A stretch of 64,000 bases of DNA from Gekko japonicus (lineage: Eukaryota), in assembly GCF_001447785.1 (NCBI RefSeq), contig NW_015160219.1, positions 270,650 through 334,649 of the forward strand, given 5' to 3'. Shown piece by piece: positions 12,700-25,649 of this stretch. The notes under the pieces were generated by a model. That model worked only from the letters and a program-made list of their open reading frames with translations. It was not told the origin of the DNA and ran no database searches. Position numbers and translations under genes: made by a program. Each line of letters begins with the position of its first letter. The stretch's first letter is position 1.

Positions 12700-12850
12700 A
12701 GATCAAGATGGGTAGCCGCGTCTGTCTGTAGCAGTAGAAAAGAGCAAGAGTCCACTAGCACCTTAAAGACTAACAAAATAAGTGGCAGGGTATGAGCTTT
12801 CTTGAGTCACTGCTCACTTCTTCAGATACAGCTGGAACGGGAGTCCATGG
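12700..12850 (-). mobile_element. Penelope/Neptune-like terminus
   Basis: gggtagccgcgtctgtctgtagcagtagaa...gagtccactagcaccttaaagactaac, the same architecture as the other pLTR copies. Confidence 0.75.
12790..12829 (-). ncRNA. Minimal type-I hammerhead ribozyme motif (best-preserved copy in window)
   Basis: Reverse strand reads GUAU-CUGAAGA-A-GUGAG-caguga-CUCAA-GAAA-GCUC-AUAC: intact core, stem I GUAU/AUAC, palindromic AGCU helix III, one mismatch at the base of stem II. Confidence 0.6.
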
Positions 12851-12989
12851 CATGGGGAGGCCATCATGGTTACCCTGATGAGTGCTGAGCTAAATAGTGC
12901 ATACGGGAAAACTCCTGTCAGGCTTTACTCTGTGTCTGGGAGCTGTCAATCACTGCAGACCCATGGCCCACATTTAACTCCAACCTGAA

Positions 12990-14000
12990 CAATGTAACTC
13001 ACCCTTAATTTTTAAAAATCATTGGGATGAAATGCACTTTCTCCTGGGAGGCTGGCAAGCAGCAAACCTCCGCTTGGCTTTTTAAAAGGTTTTTTTTCCC
13101 TATGGGCAGTGGAGGGAGTCAGTTCAATTGTACCTCAGCCCACCTTCATACAAATGCTAGTGGATTTAGACAAAGGGGTGGTCAAGCCTCCTCCCCTCCC
13201 CTCCCAGTGAGGACCAGGGAGTTGGGGGTGTCAACTTCTAGAGAGGCTAAGGGAGGGACTTTTTGGAGACTACAGGAAAAGATGTCTTGAGTTGGGCTGA
13301 CTTGGGTCAAGGGGGAGGGGAAACAGAGATGATAAACTTCCTTGCCACAGGAAGTAGCTTTCTTTCTTTGGGATGCTGCATTCCTGTGAAAACAAAGGAC
13401 TCTTAACTCCTGAGGCAGCCATATTGACCATGTGCTCACCTGGAAAACTGGGAGCAAGCTTCAAGGTAATGGTAACTCTGTAGAGAACTAGAACAGCTAA
13501 GCTAAAGAGCCTGCTCTATATTTTATATAAAGAGCCTGCCCTATATATATTTTATAGGGCATGTGTAGAGGAAGGAACAGAGGATGTGTTTTTACCAATT
13601 TCTTTTGTATTCCTTGTTCAGTTGGTGCTGTGCTAATGGTATGCTTCTAAACATTTTCTTTTAAATACGCATTTTAAACTTTTTATGCTGGAAATAGTTC
13701 TGTGTACCATATAGACCACCACCGTTTTGGACATGCTATTTTAAAAGGGTCTCCAGGGGGGTTGGCAAGCAGCTATTCCTCCAGAGGTGCCCAAGGCATT
13801 AATCTGTTCCTGTGGTGGCCAGGCACTGGGTGGCGGGAGACACAGAGACAAGGCCTCAGACCTTGGAAGGAAAGCTGGGAGTCCTGTCCCTCCCACGGGG
13901 GCATTCTTTAAAAAAGGCAGGTGGTGGTAACAGCTACCCTGAGAGTGAAATAAAATCCTCTCCAGGGAGCTGGGAACCCCTCGGAGGGCAGGGTGGAACA
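12990..14000 (+). mobile_element. Possible solo LTR
   Basis: TG-start/CA-end candidates (tgtaactcaccc ... gggtggaaca), TATA-like and AATAAA motifs, internal 18-bp duplication at ~13504/13529. No TSD found. Confidence 0.3.
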
Positions 14001-14159
14001 GGTCTTAAATACTTTTTCCTATATGCACCTAGGTCTGTCTTCTTCCTTTCTTTCTCTCTTCTCATTTCTCTCCCCCCACCCAGTCTAGAACATACCTGTG
14101 TTGCTATTCATGTAGTCCACTTAGGGTAGGCTGATGTTTGTGGCTCTTACGACTTATAA

Positions 14160-14315
14160 ATTAAGAACATATGAAGAATCCTGCTGGATCAGACCAGTAG
14201 TCCATCTAGTCCAGCATCCTGTGCCATTTAGTCCAGCATCCTGTCCCTGGCCAACCAGCTCTCCCAGTTGACCAACAACTGGGTATAGAGGCTGAGGCCT
14301 TCCCCTGATGTTGCC
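14160..14315 (-). mobile_element. CR1 LINE 3' tail fragment
   Basis: taagaacat...ctgctggatcagaccagt...tccatctagtccagcatcctgt is the reverse of the CR1 3' end. Confidence 0.75.
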
Positions 14316-15035
14316 CATTGAAAATCAACTGTGTATCTAGCACAATAGTTAAACCTGCCAGAGCATAGATTAAAGTAAAACCCAAAGTGCAAGAATGAAA
14401 CATTAATTACTGCTTCATGGTTGATTTCAGCCATATGTACCCAGTGATCCCTGAGACAACCACAGCACACATTTGACTGAATTATACCACATTATTCATA
14501 TTTCTTTCCCATCAAGTCAAGGGTTCTCGTAATTCATTTCTTGTCTGGGCTGAGTCTGGGACTCCATCTGATAAGGTCATGGGAGTCTGATATGCAAAAC
14601 TGTTTCCTGTGAGGTTTTCCTGGCATATAGGCAAAAGTAGCAGCACCACCAGGTTAGCAAATCAAGAGTGTTCATGCATATACAGGAACTCTGCCAAAGG
14701 CTTGGGGACCAATGAGCCTTATTCGCTCCGGAGAAAGCATGGAATTTCCCCCCATAAGAAGCAATGCACGATGGCTGGAATGACCTTGTTCAGGGACCCA
14801 TAACATTGGATTCCTTGATCCTAGAGACTTGGAAGTTGGGGTTTCTTTGCCAGACGGACACACCAGCCAAATGGCATTTTTGTGCCATTTGTTTGAAAAA
14901 CAGCCACTCCAGCTCCCCCCCCCTCCGGGAAAATATTCCCCACAGGGAATAATGGGCCCAAAGAATTTCAGAATCCCCCTCCCCCAAAAAAAACATGAAT
15001 CCAAATACCAGATTGATATTTGGGACCGGATTATA

Positions 15036-15089
<54 letters not shown>
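15036..15089. repeat. (CAT)18 microsatellite at the tail of an L2-type fragment (15090-15145, -)
   Basis: Perfect trinucleotide run; explains the poly-His and poly-Met ORFs. Confidence 0.97.
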
Positions 15090-15518
15090 GAATTTAATTT
15101 ATACCCCGCCCTATCTCACAAGTGGGTTTAGGGTGGCTTACAATAATTATATCCTCCCTTGAAATTCAGATCTGAAAAATCACATTTTTTTTCCTGGTGC
15201 ACATTCCAACTATTATGCCTTTGGACTGAACTGTCCTGAACTAGAGGTTCCCCATCTCTGGTCAGCTTTCTCCCAGGATTAGTTTAAAAGCTTCTCTGCC
15301 ATCTTTTTGAAATTAAGTGCCAGCAGAATGGTTCCCTTGTGGTTCAAGTGAAATCCATCTCTTTTGTCCTGGCTTGGCTTGTCAAAGGAAGTCCCCCAGT
15401 GTGTAATAAATCTTCACCATTCATCCCGGCACCACTTTCCCATACACATGTTGAGACCTCTGTCTAGCTGGCCCTGCATGTGGAGCTGGTGGCAATTTTG
15501 AGAATGCTACCTCCTGGC

Positions 15519-15724
15519 CAATGTTCCTTCTAAGCTGTGGAGTCTTGTGAGCAAAAATTCTACTTTGTGAGCTACTGGCATTAAAGTTGTGAGCAAGTGA
15601 TTTGGCTACTGAATAAATTAGTTTGCTCTGGAGCCCTCCTTCCTGAGCCAAGACAAAAATCTGTGAGCTGGAGGCTAAAAAACTATGAGCTAGCTCACAC
15701 CAACTCAACTTAGAGGGAACACTG
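15519..15724 (-). mobile_element. 206-bp hAT MITE (same family as 3811-4016)
   Basis: Perfect 8-bp TSD CTCCTGGC; TIRs CAATGTTCC/GGAACACTG. Confidence 0.9.
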
Positions 15725-17135
15725 CTCCTGGCATCTCTGCCTCCTCCACAACACAGTGACATTTCCCAGTGTCATTGATGCCAATGTGATGACTCCTTTC
15801 CAGTTCTATCAATCTATTTAGACAGCACTCAGCTCCCCATTGGAAGTCGTGTTTGAAAGCACTGGATACATACTCCCAGGAAACCTGTGTGCCTTATGAT
15901 AACCTAAATTTCACTTCCTACTCTAGGATACTATAACTGGGCCACTTTGCAGTTTATATGCTTGGTTGGGAAGGGGACTGTTGCTTAGGTACAGAGAAGG
16001 CAATTGCCCTTAGATCCTAATTAGTCCCTGCTGGGGAACCTTTAAACTTCAAGAGTGTAAGCATCATAGAGAGAGTATGTGTGGTGGGATTATGCTTGGA
16101 GATACATTCCTGACTGCCCCCAATATTATGTGGCTGTGGAGGGCAATGAATATACTCAATACTTGTTAGCCCTCTCATTTTTTAAAAAAAAGTTTTCTTT
16201 TTTAAATTTATAAACTAATTATTTTTTGAATAGCAGAGGAGTGCCCTGCATATGTAGAAATACCTGTTTTTCCTTTGTGAGCCCCTATTTCACTGTCCTG
16301 CTGATAGCCATGGAATGATCAAGTTTGTTGTTAGAAGGAACAAGCTGGGAGGAGGGACAATTTGAAAACCCTCCCAGTCTGCCTCTCAAGGCTTTTAATA
16401 TCCTGACAGGCTGGTTTCTCCTCTGCATTTAACTGACTCTGCTGCTGTCAACATTCTGTCCCTTCTGGAGTGTTTTCAGTCCTCATCAGGAGTTCCACCC
16501 CCCTTTTTTTGGTTAGTTCACAGTCATATTTGTCTGCATCCCTTTGGAGTCTCCTCTGTATACAGAGCCCCCCCCCCCCTGCTGCACTGGGTGGCCTGTT
16601 GTGCAGCTTTTAAAGCCATCCAATTTGCTGTTAGCAGAAGAAATGACAAAACAATGCAACTAGATGCCTATGATTATCATGTCATTGCAATGGGCCTATT
16701 GGTGTCCTATTTGTTTTGTCTCACTGATAAAATGAGGACTTGACTGTCCATAATTCACAAGAGGAAAGGCATTCCTCTACTGACTCTAGTAACTCACTGA
16801 GGAGGGAATTTGAAACGAAAGATCTGTGCTTTTCAGGTGCCAGATTCCAATTCCAGGGTCTTCTAGCAAATTCAGAAATGGATCCCAGGATTGGAAGCAG
16901 GCAGCAGGTACCAGCTCTGGTAAAAACCTTAATATTCTACTTCAAAACCTGCAGGGCGGGCTCTTTCAGTGAAAGTGTGTCTATAGCCATTCCGAGCATC
17001 ACCTTTAAAACTGTGTTGTGCAAAGAGGGAACTCGTGCTGATTTTTATTGCTTCAGAACTTTCTGTCCTGCATAACCCAGGTAGGCTTTCCTTACTGAGG
17101 GAGCACTGGAAGTCTAGATTGCTAAATAGCTTACC

Positions 17136-17233
17136 CTGACTTACTTTCTTTTGAGACTATCTCAGCTAAGAGTGAAATTGATACTCAGACATTTCACTCT
17201 TAGCTGAGATAGTCTCAAAAGAAAGTAAGTCAG
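17136..17233. repeat. Perfect 43-bp inverted repeat with 12-nt loop
   Basis: 17136-17178 is the exact reverse complement of 17191-17233. Confidence 0.97.
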
Positions 17234-17697
17234 TTTCAACTGTGTAAAGTTTCCAAAGTCAACATCAGCTCTTGTTTATTGTGGCCCATCCTTCTTCTAG
17301 AACGGTTTTGATTCTCATTTCCTGTCAGGGGGCGGGGGGAGAAGCAATATGCAAATAGGTGGGAAAACTAACTTTAGAGTAAAGCTGTAAATAAATTTAC
17401 CAACTTCTTGGAAGTGCTACCTGTTCCACGTGCAGGGTCAGAGAGACAGGCACAGATCAGGAGTCTCAATGCTTGGATGAGACGATGGTATAAGAGGGAA
17501 GGGTTCAAGTTTGTTAGGCACTGGGATTCTCTTTTGAATAAGAGGGAGCTCTACAGAAGAGACGGTCTCCACTTGTCCTGAGAAGGAACCAGGCTGCTGG
17601 CACTTAAAATCAAAAAGGTGGCAGAGCAGTTTTTAAACAAATATTGCGGGGAAGTCGACAGGAGATGAAAAGTCTCTGGTTCGGGATGGCTCATCTT

Positions 17698-17888
17698 CAG
17701 GGGTCGTTTCGTAGAAAAAGAGCTAGGGGAACTCATTAGCATAACTCATTAGCATATGCCACACCCCCTGACATCACCGGACGTTTGTCATAAGGCCACA
17801 CCCCCTGACATCACCGGAAGTGTGTCATAAGGCCACGCACCCCGCCCCAAATGGTCCCGGCTGCCACCGGCGGCCTTGCAGCTCCACT
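17698..17888 (+). mobile_element. hAT MITE, ATTAGCAT-repeat family (right end lies in the gap)
   Basis: CAGGGGTCGTTTCG start nearly identical to the 44391 copy; internal ~38-bp tandem duplication. Confidence 0.85.
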
Positions 17889-17962
17889 NNNNNNNNNNNN
17901 NNNNNNNNNNNNNNNNNNNNNNNNNNNNNNNNNNNNNNNNNNNNNNNNNNNNNNNNNNNNNN
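17889..17962. other. Assembly gap
   Basis: Run of N. Confidence 1.
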
Positions 17963-18165
17963 TTATATATTATATCGGAAGGATGGGGGGGAAGGGTTGG
18001 AGGTGGGGTGGCTCTGTAAGAGAGGGTATACAGTCCAGTAAGATTGAGAGGGAAAGTGAATTGGATTTGCTTGTGGAAATGCTATGGGTTGAAATAGTGG
18101 GCCCAAAAGGAAGCTTAACACTGGGAGTTTGTTATCGCCCACCAGATCAAAAGATAGAGGAGGAT

Positions 18166-19987
18166 TAGTCTCAGCCTTAGATCATTGCGTGGTACTGTAT
18201 CATCTTGCCGATAAATACTCTTCTTATTCAAAGGGTTCCCTTTATGCAGCATTTATGGATCTCAGGGCAGCATTTGATTCAGTCCCCAGATGCCGCCTCT
18301 GGGCCAAATTGTCCAAAACATCTCTAGACAAGAGACTTCTTTGGCTGATTTACAAACTGTACGAGAATCCTACTGCACAAATTCGTTGCGGAGTAGATGG
18401 GCAACTTACAAATACCATTCATCTCTCTAAAGGTGTTAAGCAAGGATGCTTATTAGCCCCCACGCTTTTTAATCTTTATATAAATGATGTAGTCCCATAT
18501 ATCAAAAAAACAATCTGTCACGCACCCATACTAGCGGGACAGGAAGTTCCTATACTACTTTATGCAGATGATGCAGTGCTGCTATCCAGATCAGAAGTTG
18601 GCTTGCGTAAGCTAGTGAATGCTTTTACTGATTACTGTATCCAAGAGGGGCTGATGATCAATTATGAGAAATCAAAAATAATGGTTTTTTCTAACAAACC
18701 TTGTTTAAAACAAAGATCATGGAAGGTTAAGGGTGGGGAGATAGAACAAGTGTCTCATTTCAAATATCTGGGGATAGTGTTCAGCTCCAGTTGCCGCTGG
18801 AAACATCATATAAGAGCAGCAACTGAAATCGCTAAATTAAATTCTAATGCCCTCCTTAAATTCTATTATTCAAGAGGCGGCCAGTATGTCCCAATGGCCA
18901 TTGCAGCTTTTAATGCGAAAGTTACTTCACAATTTTTATATGGGGCTGCGATCTGGATTAAAGAAATTTCGGAATTATCAGATCAGATCCTTCTCCAGTT
19001 CCTGCGTAAAATTGCAGGAGTCCCTAAATGTGTCGCAGGGACGGCACTTAGAGAAGAATTCGCACAATGCTCCTTTGAGTCAAGAGCCTGGAAGGCAGCC
19101 TTTAAATTGAGACTGAAAGTTCTTTATATGACACCTAATGCTCAAGGAGGTCTTCTTTATCTTTTAAAAGGGGATAATTATAAATGTACGTGGGCAAAAC
19201 ATATAGATAACAAGCTGGAGTGGATTGGTCTCGCCCCTACGGGGCTTAATAATTTAAATTATCAAGAAGCGCTAAATTTGATGAGATTGAGGGTGACAAA
19301 CATTGACCGACTCAGCACTTCAATTCGTGCTAGGCGAGTATGCTCCAACTCTGCCTTAGGGATTGTTCCACCTAAGAAAACTCCCTCATATATGAGCTTC
19401 CTTACATCCCCCAGATCTAGATATGTCTTCACGCTTGCAAGGTTGAATGTTTTTCCAACTGTAGAGCTAAGTGGCCGTTTTGCTAAAATACAGTACTCAA
19501 ATAGATTGTGTAATTGTGGATCAGGTGCAATAGAGACCTTAGATCATCTTATGTTATTTTGCCACCAATGGATTGACCCCAGATCCTGCTGGATTACTCC
19601 TATTTTACAAAGATATCACCTCCCTATGGAACCCTGGGTGATAACCATACTATTAGCTGATGAGGACCCTGAAACGACTCGCTTGGTGGCAAAATATCTT
19701 TCAATAGTGCTATCTTTAAAGCGGCTTTGAAATGTTATGAGTACCTTTTGTATACAATTTAAAAATTTTAAAACTAATTTCCATAATATCATGGGATTTT
19801 ATAGAATTCATTGAAGTTTATAAAATGTGGTCTGATGTTACTGATTGAGAGCATGTTTACTAGCTTTTATTGTAAAGGCGTTCTGTCTAAATTTCTTGTA
19901 ATTTTATGTAATGCATTTTATACTTGTTGTTTGCATGTTTGGCTTAAGACCTCGGGTCAATGAAGCTAATAAATGAAATGGAATGGA
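18166..19987 (+). mobile_element. 5'-truncated non-LTR retrotransposon (probably RTE-X clade) with an open RT-CCHC frame to 19730
   Basis: AFMDLRAAFDSV, GVKQGCLLAPTLFNLYIND, LLYADD and FKYLG motifs; C-terminal CxCx9Hx4C; AT-rich 3'UTR with stem-loop 19942-19966, AATAAA at 19968 and a short TGAAA/TGGAA tail. Confidence 0.85.
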
Positions 19988-22699
19988 TTTCATCCGGTTC
20001 TGCAATGACATTGTGTGACATAGACACAATGGTTAGGACATAGTTCTGAGAAGGAGCTGAAGCTGAGGGGATTGGTCCGAATGCATCTCTGAATGAATCT
20101 CTGACCTACTAGTGTGGATCATGTTCAGTCCAATGAAATCTATTGTGAAGTCAGAGTGGGAGCTTCTTCACCATTGCCCCTGGATGATGTCATTGTCTCT
20201 TACCATAAGCAAACAGGTTACATAACTGAAACATCCTCAGGTAGGTAAAGGAATAGACTGAAACTCTCTCTTAAGGCAATAAAAGTGGAAGAACTTGAAT
20301 GGGAAGCTGCTTATGAGTAATAGACACGCCCCTTGTTCTGCTAAAGGGAGGTTTTGGGCAAAGCTGATTATTGAGCAAAACAGCTAAATGACTATCTTTT
20401 AAAATAAGAACACAATAATCGTTTTGGAGGATTAGCCACGGAGCTAATCATTCTGCTCCCAAAAGCCCTCAACCAGATTCTTCTGCATTCACAGGCAATT
20501 GCATGAATCTGATTTTTTCCGTGTTTGAGTCCAGCATCTTTTACACAGAGGTATATATGTTCATTTGTATATGGAGATTCTATTAATTGTCATAGTAAAC
20601 AGTTGAAAGATATACCAGGGCAAATATTTGCGTTGAGAATGAAATACCATTTTAAAATGATTGCTGGGCTGAATTGATATTATGGAACAAAAAACCCTGC
20701 ATTGTCTGTGGCATCCTGGACCTCTCAGTCAAAGAGCCAATACTCAAGGTGATACCTTTCTACCATACTGGGGGAAAGTCATAATTTTATCTCCGATAAC
20801 TGAGATAGCAACATATATATGCCATCCAACAGAAACCCTAAGAAATTAACAGAAAAGAGTTACACACATGAATGAAATGTTGTCATAGATACTTACTTCT
20901 GCTTTAATAATGTTTACATACTCATTTAGTAAATAAATTGAAATACTGAATCTGATAAAAGGGAAAACAATAAAACACGACAATACTATTTCAGGTTGGT
21001 AAAAGATGAGAGGTGGTTAGATCAGATTTTGCCCTATCACAGTTCACCAAGTAATTCAAACCAGTAAAACAGTGGCCACCACAGTCCAAAATTCATGGAT
21101 CTTCATGTCCTGCCTGGTAGAAATAAGCATGTCTGGACGATGGATAGTGTTCCTATGCAGTGTTCTTTTCATGCATATCGTCTATGATCCTTTCAGTTTG
21201 AGAACAGCTCCACATGAGCTTCCTAGCACTACCAAATACTGGTGAAAAAGAGGGTTGATTTGAGCTATCTTGTTCCACTGCAGACTGCCTCCAGGTATAT
21301 CCCATGAGAGAGAACTCATAGAATCACTGGGAAAAGTGGCTGGTTGCCTGTAAAAAGAAATCTAAAATATGCTATGATAGAAGTAACCTGAAATCCTCAC
21401 CACAAACACAAATTTTCAATGAACTTTTTGGCTTATTTTGCACAGTTCACCCAAGTATTCATACATCACAATCTACCATCCACAAAGGACCAAATTACCC
21501 CTCCACTGATCCAAATTTACACTGTGTATGTTCCTTAACGCCAATGTGCACAGAACCTTATATGACCTTCCAAGTAATAGGGTTATGCTCTGGTTCTCTT
21601 TTGTGTTTCAGTCCATAGCAGGCTAACCGTGCAGTCCTAAGCAAAGCTGCACCCTTCTAAGTCCACTGAACTCTATCGGCTAGTTCTTTATCACCATACT
21701 AATTTCAAAAGCAATTTATCAACAATGTCGCTCAGCCTCAGTGTTTTAGTAATTTCATATGAGGTTGATGGATTAGTGTCTCCCTTGAAAATGTTCCAAA
21801 TAGATCTAATCAATACATCTCTAATAGATGGTGCCTCAAAAGCTCTAACATGGCACTTTGTTCCTGTAACCCAAATCAGCATACATGTGAAGGTCCTGTA
21901 CCTTGCAAAGGTGTCCCCTAGCTAGCATGGAGCAAATGTGTGTCCTTTGGGGTAGTTTAAAATACGTTTGGATCTTTAAACTTGTATAGACCAAGGTCCG
22001 GATTAAAACCAGTGCTCGAAAGAATGAGGGGAATAAGCTTTCTTTAACAGAAAAAGGTTTTATTTAATTAACGGAAAAGAAACCAAATTAAGTTAAGTGA
22101 TCTGCAGAACAAAATGGAAGTTTACAGAAAAGAACATTGCATTAGAAAAACACCCCTGTCTAACTGGGGAAATGGACTAGAAAGAAGGGAAAACAAGACA
22201 GATGAGCCTGGTCTCTCAGGCAGAAGTGGGAGGGGGAAGTCCCTCAGCAGTGACGAAGCTGCATCCAAAACTGAATCCAACTAGTCAGAGAAAGAAAGCC
22301 TAAGCAAAGGTGCGTCTGTGTAGCAAAGAAGCAGAGAGGCCAACCCTGAAATTGGGGTAACTGGATGAATCCAAACCACCTACAAAAAACTGGGGCTGGT
22401 GGGGTTAACGCTATATCCTTTTCTCAAGAATAAGGAAGGGGAAGGGTGTTGACACTGGAATGCAAGAGTAATGAAGATCCATTCTGGAGATGAGCAGGCT
22501 TGAAAAGAAATTCTTTGTATTGTGGAGGGGAGTTTTCCCTTGGGGATGTTTGGAAATTAGAACTATGGCTGTGCATTCGACATGATATGGAAGGACAAAA
22601 TCCTTCTTATTCAATGGCTAAGATATATATCACCTGTTGCTTATCTGGGTTGTTAGTTCAGATCAAATTATCTGGAAGGAGGCTCCAAGGTACTTGGGG

Positions 22700-24870
22700 G
22701 AAATTATCTATTTTTATGCCGCCTGTCCACTTGATCAGGGTCCACAGTGAACATTTAAAAAAAATAAATAAAACAAGCAATTAAAATACTGTTAAAATTA
22801 TAAAACAATTCAAATAAAGAAACAAACAAAGAAGGGCCAGTAACTATTACTGGGGGTATGCGAGACAAAACAAAACAAAAGTTTTCACCTGCTGGTGAAA
22901 AACACTGATAGAGGGAGTCAGACAAATCTCCCTGGGGAAGGAGTTCCACAGTTTGGTGTCATGATGGAGAAGGCCCATTCTTAGGTCACCACCTGTCAAG
23001 CTTCAGATAGTGGGGACAACCAAAGCAAGGCCTCCAAAGATGGCTGCAGTGTATGGGTAGTTTCACATGGGAGAAGATGGTCCTTAAGGTATATTGGTCC
23101 CAGTCTGTACAGGACTTTAAAGGTGAATCCTTGCACCTTGAATTGAACTTGGAAGCCAGTGTAGATGGAACAAGACTCGTCAATATTGGCTGCAGCATTC
23201 TCTACCAACTTTAGCTTCAGGATAGTCTTCGAGGGCAGCCCCATGTAGAACACATTACAACAATCTAATCTAGATGTTACCAGAGCATGCACTACAGTGG
23301 CAAAATCTTTTATGCCCAGGAAGGACCACAGCTGGCTCACCAGGCAAAGCTGGTGAAAGGCACCCCTGGTCACTGCTGCCAGCTGTTTATCCAACAGGAG
23401 GCCTGGGTCTAGGAGCACCCCCAAGCTATGAACCTGCTCCTTTGGGGGAATGCAACCCCAAGCAGAACAGGGGATAACCCATTTCCTGGGCAAAATCCTC
23501 CCCCCACCAGTAGCACCTCAATTTCTTCAGGATTAAGTTTCAGTTTGTTAGCCTTCGCCTATTTCAAAACTGCCTCCAGGCACCTGTTCATGGTTTCTAC
23601 AGCCTCCCTGGGATCTGCTAACCGTGCAAAGTAGAGCTGAGTGCCATCTACAGCTTTATATAGATGTTGAAAAGCATGGAGATAAGATGGAACCGTAGGC
23701 CAAAGGGCAGAGCAGCAGTCCCTCAGCACCACACTCTAAAACCTACCCTCCAGGTAAGACCAGAATCATTGCACTCCCAGGCTGAAAAGGCGATCCAGAA
23801 GGATACAATGATTGATGGTATTGGAAGCCACCAAGAGGTTCAGGAGAACTAACAGGGTTGCACTCATCATGTCTATTTCCTGGAGCATGTCATTCACCAG
23901 GGCGACCAAGGCCACTTCAGTCCCACAACCCGGCCAGAAACCAGACTGGAATGGATCTAAACAATCCAATTCATTCAGGAATCTCTGAAACTGGCCAGCC
24001 ACCACTTGTTTATCACCTTGCTCAAGAATGGTACATTTGACACTGGATGGAAGTTATTCAACTGTCCATGCATGGTCCAGAGCAGGTTTCTTTAGGAGTG
24101 GACACAACATAAGAACATAAGAGAAGCCAATGTTGGATCAGGCCAATGGCCCATCCAGTCCAACACTCTGTCACACAGTGGCCAAAAATACCAGGTGACA
24201 TCAGGAGGTCCAGCAGTGGGGTCAGGAAACTAGAAGCCCTACCACTGTTGCCCCCTCCCCTCCCCCTTCCTGAGTGAAGACAAAAATCTGTTACCCGGAG
24301 GCTAAAAAACTGTGAGCTAGCTCACACTAACTCAGCTTGGAGGGAACACATTTCTCCATTCCAGAGGTCAACCAGGGCATGACAGAAGTGCCAACCACAT
24401 CAGCAGGAGAATTCCCTAATGCCATCTGAAAACCTATCAGATCGATCAGGCCAGAGGGAAGGATCATCTTAATTGATCATCTACCCCTCTGGAGTCTTGG
24501 TACCCCCATCAGCCTAAACCCCAGCAACTAGTGATCTGTCCATGACAAGGGGACTGTCTTCAATCCCCTCAGCTTTAGATCTCCTTTTTCCTACCCAGAA
24601 CAAAACACCAGATCATGAGAGTGATCTGTACCATGCGGTGTGTGTGCGCGCGTTGCTGCCTGAGACAGGCCCATGGTTGTCATGGGGAACATGAAATCCT
24701 GAGCTACTCCCGACAAGGTAGCCTCAGCATGGATGCGGAAGACCCCGGAAACAACCAGCCTAGAAGTCTTCAACAGTATGTTTGAGACAACCTCCACAAG
24801 CTCAGGAAGGGAGACAGGCAGTGGAATGAGTGGTATGCCAACAGAACCCTAATCCTGTCTTGCACGCCCA
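22700..24870 (-). mobile_element. Decayed L2-clade LINE with nested CR1 tail (~24106-24262) and partial hAT MITE (~24266-24350)
   Basis: Reverse-strand frames LDPFQSGFWPGCGTEVALV, LGVLLDPGLL and LVTSRLDCCNVFYMGLP. Confidence 0.85.
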
Positions 24871-24877
24871 CCACTAG

Positions 24878-24992
24878 GAGTTTGGTGTAGTGGGTAAGAG
24901 TGGCAGACTCTAATCTGGAGAATCGGGTTCAATTCCCCACTCCTCCACTTGAAGCCAGCTGGGTGACCTTGGGTCAGTCACAGTTCTCTCAG
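24878..24992 (+). mobile_element. tRNA-derived SINE (Squam3-like)
   Basis: A box TGGTGTAGTGG, B box GGTTCAATTCC, core gggtgaccttgggtcagtcac. Confidence 0.75.
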
Positions 24993-25649
24993 CCCCCCCC
25001 CAAACCTAGCTTGCTACAAAAGAGATAGAATTTCAGGCGCCAGACAATTTTTGGATCTCCTGGCTCCACTGCCTCCTCCTACACCCCCTGCCATACGAAT
25101 ATTAATTAAGCATTAGATATACACTCTTAGACTCAGAAGAGTCCTGGTCTGGAGTGAGGGGCATAGGCTAATTGGTATGCTTCAAGCAAGTCCAATTAAG
25201 AGAAGAACACTTTGTTGCTCATTTCTTCTTTGCGTGTAATCAAAAGAGTCCAGACTAAGTGTTGAGAGAAATATGAATTGAAAATAGGTGTCATTTCTTT
25301 ACCCTGGGGGATTCCCCTCCCTTTCAGGTTTTCAAATCCTGCGCTTTCAGATGAAATAATTCCATTCCATCCCGAAATCATACCATCAGTTTTTCATAAG
25401 TCCTTCAAAAACAGCTTCTGCACACTGAGGAAAAATTGAAATTACATTTGTTATGCTAACTCTTTTATTGTACTTGCTTGTTCTATAGAGCGTGGCTTTT
25501 AATATGCAATGGAAGTGCTGCAGTGACCTCTGTTGATCAGACAAAGCGATGAATTTCGCAAGTGTTGCATTTGCTCTTCCCCTGGTGTGCTGCTGTATCA
25601 CCACACTTGTTCTGATACAGACACGGTGCGCATATTCCTTAGACTGTCA

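Larger units (their letters stand above)
17405..18165 (+). mobile_element. Internal CR1 LINE fragment (ORF1 esterase C-terminus and ORF2 endonuclease N-terminus), interrupted by a MITE and a gap
   Basis: LNAWMRRWYKREGFKFVRHWD...RRDGLHLS*EGTRLLA (SGNH-type ORF1) and LWVEIVGPKGSLTLGVCYRPPDQ (APE endonuclease). Confidence 0.85.

Noticed and set aside
14790-15131. Poly-Met and poly-His ORFs
   Set aside because: Artefacts of the (CAT)18 microsatellite.
18129-18165. N-terminus of the 533-aa ORF as a genuine start
   Set aside because: It begins at TTG inside CR1 sequence read out of frame; the RT element is 5'-truncated.
21000-21960. Stop-poor unique segment that might be an endogenous viral remnant (e.g. 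DVLIRSIWNIF on the - strand)
   Set aside because: I translated several frames and recognised no convincing motif; a tBLASTx/HMM search against viral proteins would settle it.
21983-22690. Possible second solo LTR
   Set aside because: LTR-like composition, but I could not find matching termini or a TSD.
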